From Tolypothrix carrinoi HA7290-LM1 (GTDB taxonomy: Bacteria > Cyanobacteriota > Cyanobacteriia > Cyanobacteriales > Nostocaceae), in assembly GCA_019358935.1 (NCBI GenBank), contig JAHHIK010000102.1, positions 1 through 29,122 of the forward strand: DNA of 29,122 nt, given 5' to 3'. Shown here piece by piece: positions 7,917 to 17,731 of the stretch (position 1 is the stretch's first letter; each line of letters starts with the position of its first letter). A program made the translations under genes and the position numbers. A model generated the notes under the pieces. It searched no databases. It saw nothing but the letters and a program-made list of their open reading frames with translations, and had not been told where the DNA came from.

Positions 7917-8201
7917 GTGCTAACAGTGCATAAGATTCAAATAGCTTTAGTTATTAGTTACCTGTTGATGACCTGCTATTTTTTTAGCAATTGGCTCAGA
8001 TTTACCTTGCGTCATCCCAGTTCTTCGCCAGAAGATAAGTTTTTATCTTTGGTAATGTTTTTCATCTCAACTGCATTATGGCCCTTACTTCTTCCCCAGA
8101 ATTGTATACAAATGATTAAGACACGGGAATTAGAGTTTAGTGCTGTGTTTCCTGTGATATTAGCAGCGTTTGCGTTTAGTGTTTCGTTCTATCTGAGTTG
8201 A
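7917..8201 (+). CDS. Small membrane hypothetical protein
   Basis: 94 aa with three hydrophobic segments. AAGGA lies just upstream; the start is uncertain (GTG 7917 or GTG 7926). Confidence 0.7.
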   Translation: MLTVHKIQIALVISYLLMTCYFFSNWLRFTLRHPSSSPEDKFLSLVMFFISTALWPLLLPQNCIQMIKTRELEFSAVFPVILAAFAFSVSFYLS

Positions 8202-8564
8202 ATGCATTCATTTGTGTTGTGGTATAAATTTCTGCTGACACAACACAATATCCGAGTCAGGAAATTTTCACTCTTCTTACCTTTGAGATTAAGCGGGTGT
8301 GATAAGTGCGTTATTAAATGAAGACAGATACAGAGAATGGTGATAAGAGATGAAGTTAATATTCAGTCTTAGAAATGGCTATTGATCTGTTTTTACTTAC
8401 TTTCGCCCTTGCCTGACTTTAACCGAAAATTAGACGAAGCACGCTTTTATTTGACACTCAAAGTAAAGTGCGAAAATTCACTACTCAGCCTGGAAACCGT
8501 AACGAGACAGTCTAGGCATCTACCATCTTTATTCAAAGTTCCCTAAAAAAGCATCAATAACGAT

Positions 8565-8606
8565 AAAAGCGATCGCGCGAATGCATTTATAAGCGCGATC
8601 GCTTTT
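8565..8606. terminator. HIP1-containing hairpin, likely terminator for DUF1003 (possibly bidirectional)
   Basis: AAAAGCGATCGCGC...GCGCGATCGCTTTT perfect 14-bp inverted repeat, 15 bp past the DUF1003 stop. Confidence 0.6.
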
Positions 8607-8621
8607 TAATATTTGCACAAT

Positions 8622-9206
8622 TCAATCAGGATTTGATTCCTGGTGCGATCGCGAAGAATTAAGATTATTTTCATCTTTAGATGCTGTAATTGCATCTAAT
8701 CTCTGTAATAATAATTCTTCCATTCGTTGCAGTCGCTGTTGCTGGTCTTTCACCAACTGCGTCAACTCGACAATTTCCACTTCCCGCAAAATATTCATTT
8801 TATCTTGCAGCAGCTCAACTTCTAGTTCGGCTTTCACATTCACCTGATAGTCATGTTCAGAACGCTCTCGATCAATGTTAGACTGCCGATTTTGACTCAT
8901 CATGATAATTGGTGCGGTGTATGCTGCTTGAAATGACAGCATCAGGTTAAGCAAAATGAAGGGATAAGGGTCCCAATGCTTAATTGTGGCAATAACGTTG
9001 AGAATAATCCACAACGAAAGCAGGATACTTTGAATGATGATAAATCGCCAAGAGCCGACTGTAGAAGCCACAGTATCAGCCACGCGATCGCCCATCGTCA
9101 TCTTACTCTTAGGAGGGTGTCGTGCTGGCTCTTGATCGCGCAACCGTTGCAGCATTTGAAATTCTTCTTTACTAACCCGAGGACGCATCCATTTTGGCTG
9201 ACGCAT
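8622..9206 (-). CDS. DUF1003 domain membrane protein
   Basis: GDRVADTVASTVGSWRFII...WDPYPFILLNLMLSFQAAYTAPIIMMSQNRQ family signature. Confidence 0.9.
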   Translation of the reverse strand: MRQPKWMRPRVSKEEFQMLQRLRDQEPARHPPKSKMTMGDRVADTVASTVGSWRFIIIQSILLSLWIILNVIATIKHWDPYPFILLNLMLSFQAAYTAPIIMMSQNRQSNIDRERSEHDYQVNVKAELEVELLQDKMNILREVEIVELTQLVKDQQQRLQRMEELLLQRLDAITASKDENNLNSSRSHQESNPD

Positions 9207-9384
9207 AGCTCAACACCTGTAAGGGAAAGGGGAAAGGGAAAAGGGAAAAGGGGTATGAAAAAAAATGCATTCCTTTACACACTCATAGTGCATTTATAGA
9301 ATGAGTGCAAGAGGTTTATTAATCACTTACAGCATAGAAAAAAATAGGGACAGGCAAAACATGCCTATCCCAGAAAATTTATAG

Positions 9385-9630
9385 AGGGGGAGAGGGGGGG
9401 ATGGGGGGATGGGGAGAGGGGGGGACGACTTGGGGAGGGGGGGACGACTTGGGGAGTATTATTCAAAAATTCTCCTTGTCTCCTTGTCTCCTTGTCTCCT
9501 TGTCTCCTTGTCTCCTTGTCTCCTTGTCTCCTTGTCTCCTTGTCTCCTTGTCTCCTTGTCCTCCTTGTCCTCCTTGTCCTCCTTGTCCTCCTTGTCCCCT
9601 TGTCTCCTTGTCCCCTTGTCTCCCTTGTCA
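9385..9630. repeat. Short tandem repeat tract: G-rich units, then (CTTGTCTC)n 8-mers and (CTTGTCCTC)n 9-mers
   Basis: Visible tandem array at ~9470-9628 and G-run repeats at ~9385-9455, downstream of the protease stop. Confidence 0.9.
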
Positions 9631-9650
9631 AGAAAGGAAGGTGCAAAAAT

Positions 9651-10898
9651 CTATTGCATTTGCTCGGGCAAAGCACCAGGACGCACAGATAAGTTGATTT
9701 TCTGCCCATTGCGACGCAATTCTAGGCGCACATCAGCCCCGATTTGACTATTTTCTACAGCCTGTTGTACGCTGGCAGAATCGGCAACTGATTGACCATT
9801 TAGCTTTTCGATGACATCACCAGCACGTATTCCCGATTTTGCAGCTGGTGAGTTAGGCACAACTTTCATGACTAACACACCTTTATCTTCATTCACGGTC
9901 AAACCGCTATTGGGATCTGAGTTGATGTTTTGCTTTAACTCAGGTGTCAAAGCCTGCATTTGAATTCCCAGATAAGGATGTTGTACTTTGCCTGTACTTA
10001 TGAGTTGATTGGAAATGCGTTGCGCTGTATTGATCGGAATCGCAAAACCTAATCCTTGCGCTCCTTGAATTATAGCTGTGTTCATGCCAATTACCTCGCC
10101 ACGGGCATTTAGCAGAGGTCCACCAGAGTTACCAGGATTAATTGCGGCATCTGTTTGAATATACTGTACTCGTCGGTCGGGTGCGCCAATTTGATAGCTA
10201 GTGCGTCCGGTAGCGCTGATGATGCCGGTAGTTACGGTATTGTCAAGACCTAGGGGATTACCGATCGCGATCGCCCATTGTCCTGGTTGTAGCTGGTCTG
10301 AGTTACCCAATTTCAATGTTGGCAAATTTTCGGCTTGAATCTTGACAACAGCGACATCTGTTAACTCATCTTTACCCATCACCTTACCTTGGAAGCTGCG
10401 CCCATCTTTGAGTATTACCTTCACCTTATCTGCACCATCTACCACATGGGCATTGGTCAAAATGCGACCATCAGCACCGATAATGAAACCAGAGCCGGTA
10501 CCCCGTTGCATCCGGTTTTGTGGTGAATTTGGTAGTTGAGAACCAAAGAAGCGTCGGAAAGCTGGATCGTTAAATTCTTCTGGTAACTGAGTTTTTACAG
10601 TCCGGGAAGCCTCAATCCGTACCACCGCTGTACCGACGTTTTGCACAACCCCGGTGATAAAGTTAGGATCTGTAGAAGCGGGTAAGGGAGGGGCAGCATT
10701 TACTGGACTAACTGCCAACTTAGATGCGCTTTGAGATATGTCTTGCTGGTGCGATGCTAAATAACCGCCGGCAAATGTCATACCCGATCCCAGCAGCACC
10801 AACGATAGATTAAAAGCTGTTTTCTTCCAAGGTGCAGCGTTAGGGGTTTTTTGAGAATAAGCGTTAAAATTATCTTTGTCTTGTGGCTGGTTTTGCAT
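9651..10898 (-). CDS. HhoA/HhoB/HtrA-family trypsin-like serine protease with PDZ domain
   Basis: GTGSGFII, TNAHVV (His), TDVAV (Asp), TDAAINPGNSGGPL (Ser), C-terminal PDZ and N-terminal hydrophobic segment. Confidence 0.95.
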   Translation of the reverse strand: MQNQPQDKDNFNAYSQKTPNAAPWKKTAFNLSLVLLGSGMTFAGGYLASHQQDISQSASKLAVSPVNAAPPLPASTDPNFITGVVQNVGTAVVRIEASRTVKTQLPEEFNDPAFRRFFGSQLPNSPQNRMQRGTGSGFIIGADGRILTNAHVVDGADKVKVILKDGRSFQGKVMGKDELTDVAVVKIQAENLPTLKLGNSDQLQPGQWAIAIGNPLGLDNTVTTGIISATGRTSYQIGAPDRRVQYIQTDAAINPGNSGGPLLNARGEVIGMNTAIIQGAQGLGFAIPINTAQRISNQLISTGKVQHPYLGIQMQALTPELKQNINSDPNSGLTVNEDKGVLVMKVVPNSPAAKSGIRAGDVIEKLNGQSVADSASVQQAVENSQIGADVRLELRRNGQKINLSVRPGALPEQMQ

Positions 10899-11110
10899 TT
10901 GTCTGGAAAGATATAAGGTTATCTAGATATAGTCCCAATCTAGATATACATTATGACGTTTCTGTGTCAGGACTGTGGCATCAGTGTGAACAGGATAATT
11001 TATAGTTTTTTAACAGAGTTAAGAGTTTTTTAGCCGGATATTCCTTAGATATACCAGAATAACCTATACAATTTATTAGAGAAGCTACTGAAACTATTTA
11101 GGCGATTCAT

Positions 11111-11545
11111 ATGGCAACCACATCTAATCTTCAGGTGACAATTTCCTTATCAGACCCGGATTTAGATGACCAGGAGTTGCAAGCAGAAGTGGAAAATTTG
11201 CTACCGCAGGTTAGAGAAGTGGATGGGGTAGAACAAGCAGATTTAGTGGCAGCCACAGAAACCCCGCGAAGTGCAAAGGCTTTCGGTGGCTTTTTGTGGG
11301 GAATGTTAAGTGCAGAAGTCAAACCAGCCAATATAAAAGCTTTGTTTGGATTTTTGAGCGATCGCTTCGGCAACAAACCAATTAAGCTAGCACTTAAAAC
11401 TCCTGACGGCAGAGAAATCAACTTAGAAGCCAGTAGTCGCAAAGAGTTTGAATTCGCTATGCAGCAAGCGCAGGATTTTCTCAACAATACCGAAAATACA
11501 TCAAACAGTAAAGATGGCGAAGGTAGCACTACTGATCGGGGTTAG
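11111..11545 (+). CDS. EACC1-like small protein upstream of a caspase
   Basis: Acidic N-terminus (DPDLDDQELQAEVENL), P..AK.GG motif and hydrophobic helix. Overlaps the caspase start, an arrangement typical of EACC1-caspase pairs. Confidence 0.6.
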   Translation: MATTSNLQVTISLSDPDLDDQELQAEVENLLPQVREVDGVEQADLVAATETPRSAKAFGGFLWGMLSAEVKPANIKALFGFLSDRFGNKPIKLALKTPDGREINLEASSRKEFEFAMQQAQDFLNNTENTSNSKDGEGSTTDRG

Positions 11546-12291
11546 TGAATATAAACATGGTTTAAACCCGCTACCAAGTGCTGTCAAAGATGTCGAAGCG
11601 ATGCAGCGAGTTTTAGCAAACCCAGAAATGGGTGGTTTTGCTGAAGCAGATATCACGGTGCTGAGAAATCCCCAACCGGACGATATCGCATATGCTATAT
11701 ATCATCTGTTTGCCGATCGCCAGAAAGATGACCTGCTGCTGTTTTACTTTTCTGGGCATGGCATTAAACATGACAGAGGTAAGCTTTATCTGTCAAGTTG
11801 TGCCACTAAAAAACTAAATGGCAAGCTAGTAACACCCTCAGCCGTTGCAGCTAGTGTTTTGCACGATAATATTAACGATAGCCGCTCTCAAAGACAGGTA
11901 ATTATCCTGGATTGTTGTTTTAGTGGAGCGATCGCCCAAGGCATGACCGTCAAAGATGATGGTAGCGTAAATGTGCAAGAGCAGCTAGGCGGTAAGGGAA
12001 GGGCAATCCTCACTTCTTCCAGTTCTACCCAGTACTCATTGCGTCTTGAGTTAAAACTTACCCCGGAAGTTGCTGACGCGATCGTGCGCTGAAGTTCAAC
12101 AACCATTACAGGAGTATCAGCGGAAATTAGCAGAGTACGAGGAAACGCTGCTTGAGGCAAAAGAAGCTGAGACAACCCTAAGCGAAACTACGCTCAATGA
12201 CCTGAAAGACTATCAGCAACATCTAGGGCTGAAAGATGAAGATGTAGCATCAATAGAAGAACGAATTATTGGGCAGCGAAAACCGACGTAA
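11514..12291 (+). pseudogene. Caspase-family (peptidase C14) protein, internally deleted and frameshifted
   Basis: MAKVALLIGVSEY, YFSGHG (His), IILDCCFSG (Cys). The domain stops abruptly at SSSSTQYS, joins a helical segment, shifts frame near 12085 and ends at 12291 without an effector domain. Confidence 0.75.
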
Positions 12292-12444
12292 CGAATTGAA
12301 GAAAGGAAAAACTCTGCGTTTCTTTGCGCTTACCGCCATATTGACAGAGGGCACAGCCCCTGTCAAATGGCTCACCTTTGCGTCCCTCTGCGTTTAAAAA
12401 CGCGCTCGTTTTTACGCAACCTTTTACACAGTTATGCTTGATTA

Positions 12445-12691
12445 ACTTGCAGGTCGCAATAATTCCCGCAGAGCGATCGCGCAATCAGGAAATGCCAGCG
12501 GTGAAATTGTCACATATAAACGAAAGTATCGTCTCACTTTGATAGCCATCTGGACTCGGTAAGCGATACACATGCAGTTTACGCTGATTTACATTTAAAA
12601 TCCAGTAATCAGCAATACCTGATTTAGCATAAGCGATCGCTTTCACTTCGCGATCGTATTTCAGACTAGAATCGGCTACTTCAATCAGCAT
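12445..12691 (-). pseudogene. Uma2 (DUF820) endonuclease C-terminal fragment
   Basis: LIEVADSSLKYDREVKAIAYAKSGIADYWILNV. N-terminal half is absent; the tail ISPLAFPD is in another frame. Confidence 0.8.
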
Positions 12692-12769
12692 ATAGGAATT
12701 CTAAATAAGAGCGTGATAACTCTCTTTTTCTCTTTTCTTTGCGCTCTTTGCGTCTTTGCGGTTCGTTTC

Positions 12770-13357
12770 TTATTCCTCGCTCAAGTCAAAATTAACCCGC
12801 TCGTAAATCTCCTGCAAGGAAATTTGAAAATCGAGAGAATTTAATCCTAAAATTGCATCTTCCCCTTCATATTCCTTAAAAATCCATTCTCCGGCTGCTT
12901 TTTTAGCAAATTGTTCCACGGAAAAACTATATTGGTCAATCATAATATATTCCTCAAAGGAAGGAATTGAACGGTAATATTTAAATTTGTCTGTTTTGTC
13001 ATAATTTTTAGTAGAATTTGATAAAACTTCAACTATTAATAACGGGTTAGTTATCTTTGTTGTACCAGTTCCTTCATAAACCGGTTCACCTTTGATGACC
13101 ATAACATCCGGGTAAGTATAGATACGATAATTCGGTATCCATAACTTTACGTCAACCATGTATATGTCATAATCTTGACCTTGTACCGTAGAAGGAAATT
13201 TTCTGCAAAAATTAAGTGCAATCTTGTTGTGGTTGGTTGTCTTGGCTGTGATTGGTCTAATTTCTCCATCTATATATTCACTTCTTTCTTCAGCTTTTTC
13301 TTCTAGTTCCAGATATTCTTCTGGGGTGTAAAAGCGGCTTTCTGTTTGGATTAGCAT
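12770..13357 (-). CDS. Uma2 (DUF820) family endonuclease-fold protein
   Basis: YTPEEYLELEEKAEERSEYIDGEI, YTYPDVMV, IVEVLSNST..YD..DKF..YRSIPSFEEY. Confidence 0.93.
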   Translation of the reverse strand: MLIQTESRFYTPEEYLELEEKAEERSEYIDGEIRPITAKTTNHNKIALNFCRKFPSTVQGQDYDIYMVDVKLWIPNYRIYTYPDVMVIKGEPVYEGTGTTKITNPLLIVEVLSNSTKNYDKTDKFKYYRSIPSFEEYIMIDQYSFSVEQFAKKAAGEWIFKEYEGEDAILGLNSLDFQISLQEIYERVNFDLSEE

Positions 13358-13431
13358 ATAATTCCCTCAATTTAAGTATATTTTTTTCATGTGTTTCAAA
13401 TAATTGTAGCTTAATAATTTATTTTTGAGAT

Positions 13432-13460
13432 GGTGCGTTACGCTTATAACGCACCCTACG
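13432..13460. repeat. REP-like palindrome GGTGCGTTA...TAACGCACCCTAC
   Basis: 9-bp inverted repeat immediately after the tyrA stop. Confidence 0.6.
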
Positions 13461-13461
13461 A

Positions 13462-14316
13462 TTAGTCAGTAAAATTAGGTCGCGCTTTGTGATTTAAGTT
13501 CAACTTTTCTTCAAGCGTAGTCCAATCTTCTTGCTCAATTAAGTTAATTAAATCGTCAAGTTTGTGGCGATATTGTTGCAGGGAATTGAGCAATGCTTGG
13601 CGATTATATCGTGCCATCATCAAGCCTAATTCAGGATTTCCACCACCAACGCGACTTGTATCTTTAAAGCCGGAACTAGCAAATTTTTGGGCTAATTCTA
13701 ATACCTCTGAGTCAGTTTCACTCATGCAAGCAGCAATCAACGAACCACTGACCATTACTGGTAAATGAGAAATCCAACTAACAGCGCGGTCATGTTGTTC
13801 TGGTTGACAATGGTAGATATTAGCATTAAGCGATCGCACAATTTCCTCAACAACTTCAATCGCATAAGTTGGTGTTGTCGATATCGGTGTTAACACATAA
13901 GGCTTCTTGACAAATAAATTACTTTCTCGCGCTTCTATCCCATTATCTGTGCTTCCTGCCATTGGATGACCGCCGATAAAATTATCCCACATGGGAGAAA
14001 GTGCTTTAACTATCGGTGCTTTCACCGAACCAACATCAGTAACAATTGTAGAAGGCGACAAATAAGGAATTAATTCCTCAAATTTGGGAATAATAAGCCC
14101 TAGAGGTGTGCAAATAAATACCACATCTGCTTTTGACAGCAAGCTCAAGTCAACTGAAGCCTCGGAAACACTACCGAGGGCGATCGCTTTTTCACAAGTC
14201 GATTCACGACGGCTGACTCCTAAAACATGATGTCCTTGCGATCGCAAATCCCAACCCAAAGAGCCACCGATCAGTCCCAATCCTAAAATACCAATATTCA
14301 TCTGTGATTTTGACAT
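13462..14316 (-). CDS. tyrA: Prephenate/arogenate dehydrogenase
   Basis: IGILGLGLIGGSLG Rossmann motif, TDVGSVK, GGHPMAG, HDRAVSWISHLP, SSGFKDTSRVGGG. Start at 14316 or 14301, not 14514. Confidence 0.95.
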   Translation of the reverse strand: MSKSQMNIGILGLGLIGGSLGWDLRSQGHHVLGVSRRESTCEKAIALGSVSEASVDLSLLSKADVVFICTPLGLIIPKFEELIPYLSPSTIVTDVGSVKAPIVKALSPMWDNFIGGHPMAGSTDNGIEARESNLFVKKPYVLTPISTTPTYAIEVVEEIVRSLNANIYHCQPEQHDRAVSWISHLPVMVSGSLIAACMSETDSEVLELAQKFASSGFKDTSRVGGGNPELGLMMARYNRQALLNSLQQYRHKLDDLINLIEQEDWTTLEEKLNLNHKARPNFTD

Positions 14317-14377
14317 CGCTTTTACATAATTTCTACATATACCAACTATTAGCCTTGGCATTCGAGGGGTGACATTC

Positions 14378-15937
14378 ATGACTGTAGAGGAATTACTGGA
14401 AAAATACGCTTTCGGAGTCACAGACTTTAGTGGGGTTGACCTTTCGGAAGCGAATCTGAGTGGTATTAAACTCATTGGTGCGAATCTTACGAGGTCTAAC
14501 TTGAGTGTAGTCAACCTCAGTGGTGCAAATCTCAGTGAAGCAAATTTAAGCTACGCCAAGCTGAATGTAGCAAGATTGAGTGGTGCTAATCTCAGCGACG
14601 CTATCTTAAAGGACGCCAGTCTCAATGTAGCAAATTTAATTCGCGCCGATCTCAGTCGTGCTCAACTCAGGTTTGCAACGCTGATTCGCGCCGAGTTAAT
14701 TCGCGCCAATCTCAGTCACGCTGACCTTTTAGAAGCAAATCTTAGCAGCGCCGATTTACGAGAAGCTACACTGCGTCATGCTGTACTTTGTCGCGCTAAT
14801 TTGAGTGAGGCGAACCTGAAAGGCGCTTCTTTGACGCAAGCTAATTGTGAGCAAGCTAATTTCAACGTCACCGATCTGGGTCGTACTGACCTAGAAAGTG
14901 CAAATTTCCGAGAAGCCGAATTTAGACAGGCGAATTTGAAAGCAGCTAACCTCAAAGGTGCTAACTTGAGTGGAGCGAATCTGCGATGGGCAGATTTAAG
15001 CGGTGCGAATCTGCGATGGGCAGATTTAAGCGAGGCAAAATTGAGTGGCGCAAACTTAATTGGCGCAGATTTGAGTAATGCAAATTTAACAAATGCGAGT
15101 TTGGTACACGCCGATTTATCAGAAGCTAAATTAATTAAGGCAGAATGGGTAGGCGCAGATTTAACCGGAGCGACTTTAACTGGGGCAAAACTTTACGCTA
15201 CCTCACGATTTGGTTTAAAAACTGAAGGTATAACTTGCGAATGGGTTGACTTGAGTCCGACAGGCGATCGCTCAATTATCCAACATTTTACCTCTGTTGA
15301 CTCACCAGACTTTTTTAACGAAACTCCGCCGACAATCCGCATTATCGTAGATGCACCCCTAGAACCAGAAGCACATTTTGCCTTAGCTGGCGCTTATTAT
15401 CAAATATCCCAGCAATATCGGCAACTCAGACAACCCCCCAGCATGGAAATCGGGCGGCGTCGGACTGTTTTCACCTTTCGCGTAGATAGCGACGCAGCTT
15501 TATTTCCTACAGCTTACATTGCCATTCTTCCTTTTAAAGATGCCGCAACTACCCAAAGAAATATTCATGAAGTTGTAGAAATAGTTAATCGTGAAGATAT
15601 CTCTACCCAGCGAGAAAATAAGAGCGATCGCGCCAAGCAATTATCTGCTTTGATAGAATCAGCTAGAAATAATGCCTCGATAATTAGACAAATGCAAAAA
15701 ATTCTAGAAATAGCAGCAAAATTCAACTTCTTCCAAACACCTACCCAAACTATATTAACAAATTCCAGCGCTCACACTTTGATTGTGCATGACCATCCCA
15801 ACTTTGGGAAAAAATTTATTAATCGCGGAGCAATTAATCCTTCATATGATGAAAGCTATAACACATCTGCCAATGTTATACTACCTTCGGTAAACACAAT
15901 TGTCGATTTTGTTAAAGGGTTTCATTATATTAGTTAG
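14378..15937 (+). CDS. Pentapeptide-repeat protein with C-terminal domain of unknown function
   Basis: About 260 aa of A(D/N)Lxx repeats. ATG 14378 chosen (GTG 14369 is an alternative). Divergent from tyrA. Confidence 0.92.
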   Translation: MTVEELLEKYAFGVTDFSGVDLSEANLSGIKLIGANLTRSNLSVVNLSGANLSEANLSYAKLNVARLSGANLSDAILKDASLNVANLIRADLSRAQLRFATLIRAELIRANLSHADLLEANLSSADLREATLRHAVLCRANLSEANLKGASLTQANCEQANFNVTDLGRTDLESANFREAEFRQANLKAANLKGANLSGANLRWADLSGANLRWADLSEAKLSGANLIGADLSNANLTNASLVHADLSEAKLIKAEWVGADLTGATLTGAKLYATSRFGLKTEGITCEWVDLSPTGDRSIIQHFTSVDSPDFFNETPPTIRIIVDAPLEPEAHFALAGAYYQISQQYRQLRQPPSMEIGRRRTVFTFRVDSDAALFPTAYIAILPFKDAATTQRNIHEVVEIVNREDISTQRENKSDRAKQLSALIESARNNASIIRQMQKILEIAAKFNFFQTPTQTILTNSSAHTLIVHDHPNFGKKFINRGAINPSYDESYNTSANVILPSVNTIVDFVKGFHYIS

Positions 15938-16023
15938 TGGAGAGTGGCTAATGGCTAATAAAAAGAACAATTACCAATTAGCAATTACCAATTAACAACC
16001 AACAAATCTAAGGAGAATCAAAA

Positions 16024-16617
16024 ATGCGCGATGGCTTTAATAGAATGATGGGTCGGACTCGCTATGTAGTCTGTCGCCTGTTTATACATTTAGCAGGATC
16101 TGAAGTAGCACCGATTTTGGGAGTATTAAATCGGGGGGCACGCCAAGCAATTGATGTCGATGGCGATGTAGAAGTTTTAGGAGAAGGATTGGTAGAACTC
16201 TGCCAAACTCTACTGCAATACGATGAATATTGGACTTCTGCGGCGAATGAAGGAGATGTATTTTGGAGTGAAGGCGAGGCAGGAGATTATGTAAATGAAT
16301 TATTTACCGACTCCGCCGAACGTTATCTGAGTGAACCAGATTTTAGTTCTAACTCTAGGTCGAATGAACCTTTATCTATACCTGTGACGCGCAATGTAAT
16401 TGTGATGATTACATTGGCTTATGAAGGAGAAGTACCAGAATTAGAAAGTGACCTTTCTAACATTCAGGCGTTAAAAGATGGATTGAAAGCGATTATAAAC
16501 TTGCACTACAAACATAAACTAAGAGCAATAAGCGTGCATTTTTCGCCAGCGCAGTTAGGTGACGAACTAAGTAACGATCAGTTGTTGCAATATTACCCAG
16601 AATTGATTCCCTTGTAA
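16024..16617 (+). CDS. DUF1517 domain protein
   Basis: AAGGAG Shine-Dalgarno. The ending ...HFSPAQLGDELSNDQLLQYYPELIPL is typical of DUF1517. Confidence 0.8.
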   Translation: MRDGFNRMMGRTRYVVCRLFIHLAGSEVAPILGVLNRGARQAIDVDGDVEVLGEGLVELCQTLLQYDEYWTSAANEGDVFWSEGEAGDYVNELFTDSAERYLSEPDFSSNSRSNEPLSIPVTRNVIVMITLAYEGEVPELESDLSNIQALKDGLKAIINLHYKHKLRAISVHFSPAQLGDELSNDQLLQYYPELIPL

Positions 16618-16687
16618 CTTGTAGGGTAGTCCCTACTTACTGCCGGAATGAATAACTTGTTAAGCTCGAAGATAGGATAATAGTAAA

Positions 16688-17575
16688 ATGCTGATGTCAA
16701 TAATGCGTAAATTTACAGCCGTTTTTTTAGCCCTAAGTTTGTGCTTGACAACTGTCGGGTGCGGCGGCAATTCAAACCAAGCTACTACTCCTCAAGCTAG
16801 GAATGCTAGCCAAACCTCAACTAACACAAGGCTGAGTGATGGTCAGTATGATGTGCAACAAGCTACATTCGACGATAGCAATGGGGAATACACGCTATTT
16901 TTATTTAATGCTAACCCCCCAACTTTTAAATCTCAAAATCTGCAAATGGCACGGCTTACCGATGATGAAATTAAGCAAGGTAAGAAAAGTTACCTAAAAG
17001 TAGAAAACGGTCAGCCTGCTTTATATTTGACACCAGATTTCAAAATTGAATATGTCCATAATGTCACCGAAAATAGAACAAATCCCCAAACCGGACAGCA
17101 GGAAACAGTTGTAGTCAGACAACAAAATGGCTTCTGGGCGCCGTTTGCTGGAGCTGTGGCTGGTAACATAGCAGGACAGGCGATCGGTAGTTTGTTGTTT
17201 AGACCTCAGTATTATGTCCCGCCTGCTTATCAGCCGGGAGGGGTGATGAGAGGCTACGGCGGCTATGGTAGCAGCTACGGTGAAGCGGTTAGTAACTACC
17301 GAACTCGTTACAATGCGCCACCCGCAGTCGAGAGAAACCGCACTGCTTTCCGCAGCACAGGCTCGATTAGAAGGTCATATCCTGGTAGTTCTAATGTACG
17401 TACTGTACCGCGTCCTTCCACGGGCAACAGCCGCGCCACCGGTTCAGGTTATGGCGGCAGTACTTTAAGACCTTCTGGCAGATCCAGCACCATCAGACGT
17501 CCTTCTAGTAGTGGTTTTGGTAGCGGCAGGCGTTCTGCACCTAGCCGCTCGTTTGGTTCTGGTAGACGACGTTAA
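16688..17575 (+). CDS. Putative lipoprotein with Gly/Ser/Arg-rich low-complexity tail
   Basis: Signal peptide with lipobox TVGC. Tail is SSSGFGSGRRS-rich. Confidence 0.85.
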   Translation: MLMSIMRKFTAVFLALSLCLTTVGCGGNSNQATTPQARNASQTSTNTRLSDGQYDVQQATFDDSNGEYTLFLFNANPPTFKSQNLQMARLTDDEIKQGKKSYLKVENGQPALYLTPDFKIEYVHNVTENRTNPQTGQQETVVVRQQNGFWAPFAGAVAGNIAGQAIGSLLFRPQYYVPPAYQPGGVMRGYGGYGSSYGEAVSNYRTRYNAPPAVERNRTAFRSTGSIRRSYPGSSNVRTVPRPSTGNSRATGSGYGGSTLRPSGRSSTIRRPSSSGFGSGRRSAPSRSFGSGRRR

Positions 17576-17576
17576 T

Positions 17577-17728
17577 AGTTAGGAGTGAAGAGTGAAAAGT
17601 TAGGAGTGAGGAGTGAACAGTTAGGAATTTGGAGAAAAAATAAAGAAAACGAAGAATCTTTCATTCTCCATTCTTCACTCCTAACTCCTAACTCCTAACT
17701 TTTAACTTTTAACTTTTAACTCCTAACT
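17577..17728. repeat. Heptamer tandem repeats in inverted arrangement (AGTTAGG.../CCTAACT, TTTAACT)
   Basis: Located between convergent genes; the two halves are complementary. Confidence 0.8.
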
Positions 17729-17731
17729 TTT

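Noticed and set aside
9365..9747. Several ORFs over the 8/9-mer repeats
   Set aside because: Low-complexity translations of tandem repeats that are open in multiple frames.
14317..14514. N-terminal extension of TyrA
   Set aside because: Overlaps the divergent pentapeptide gene; the Rossmann motif begins at MNIGILG.
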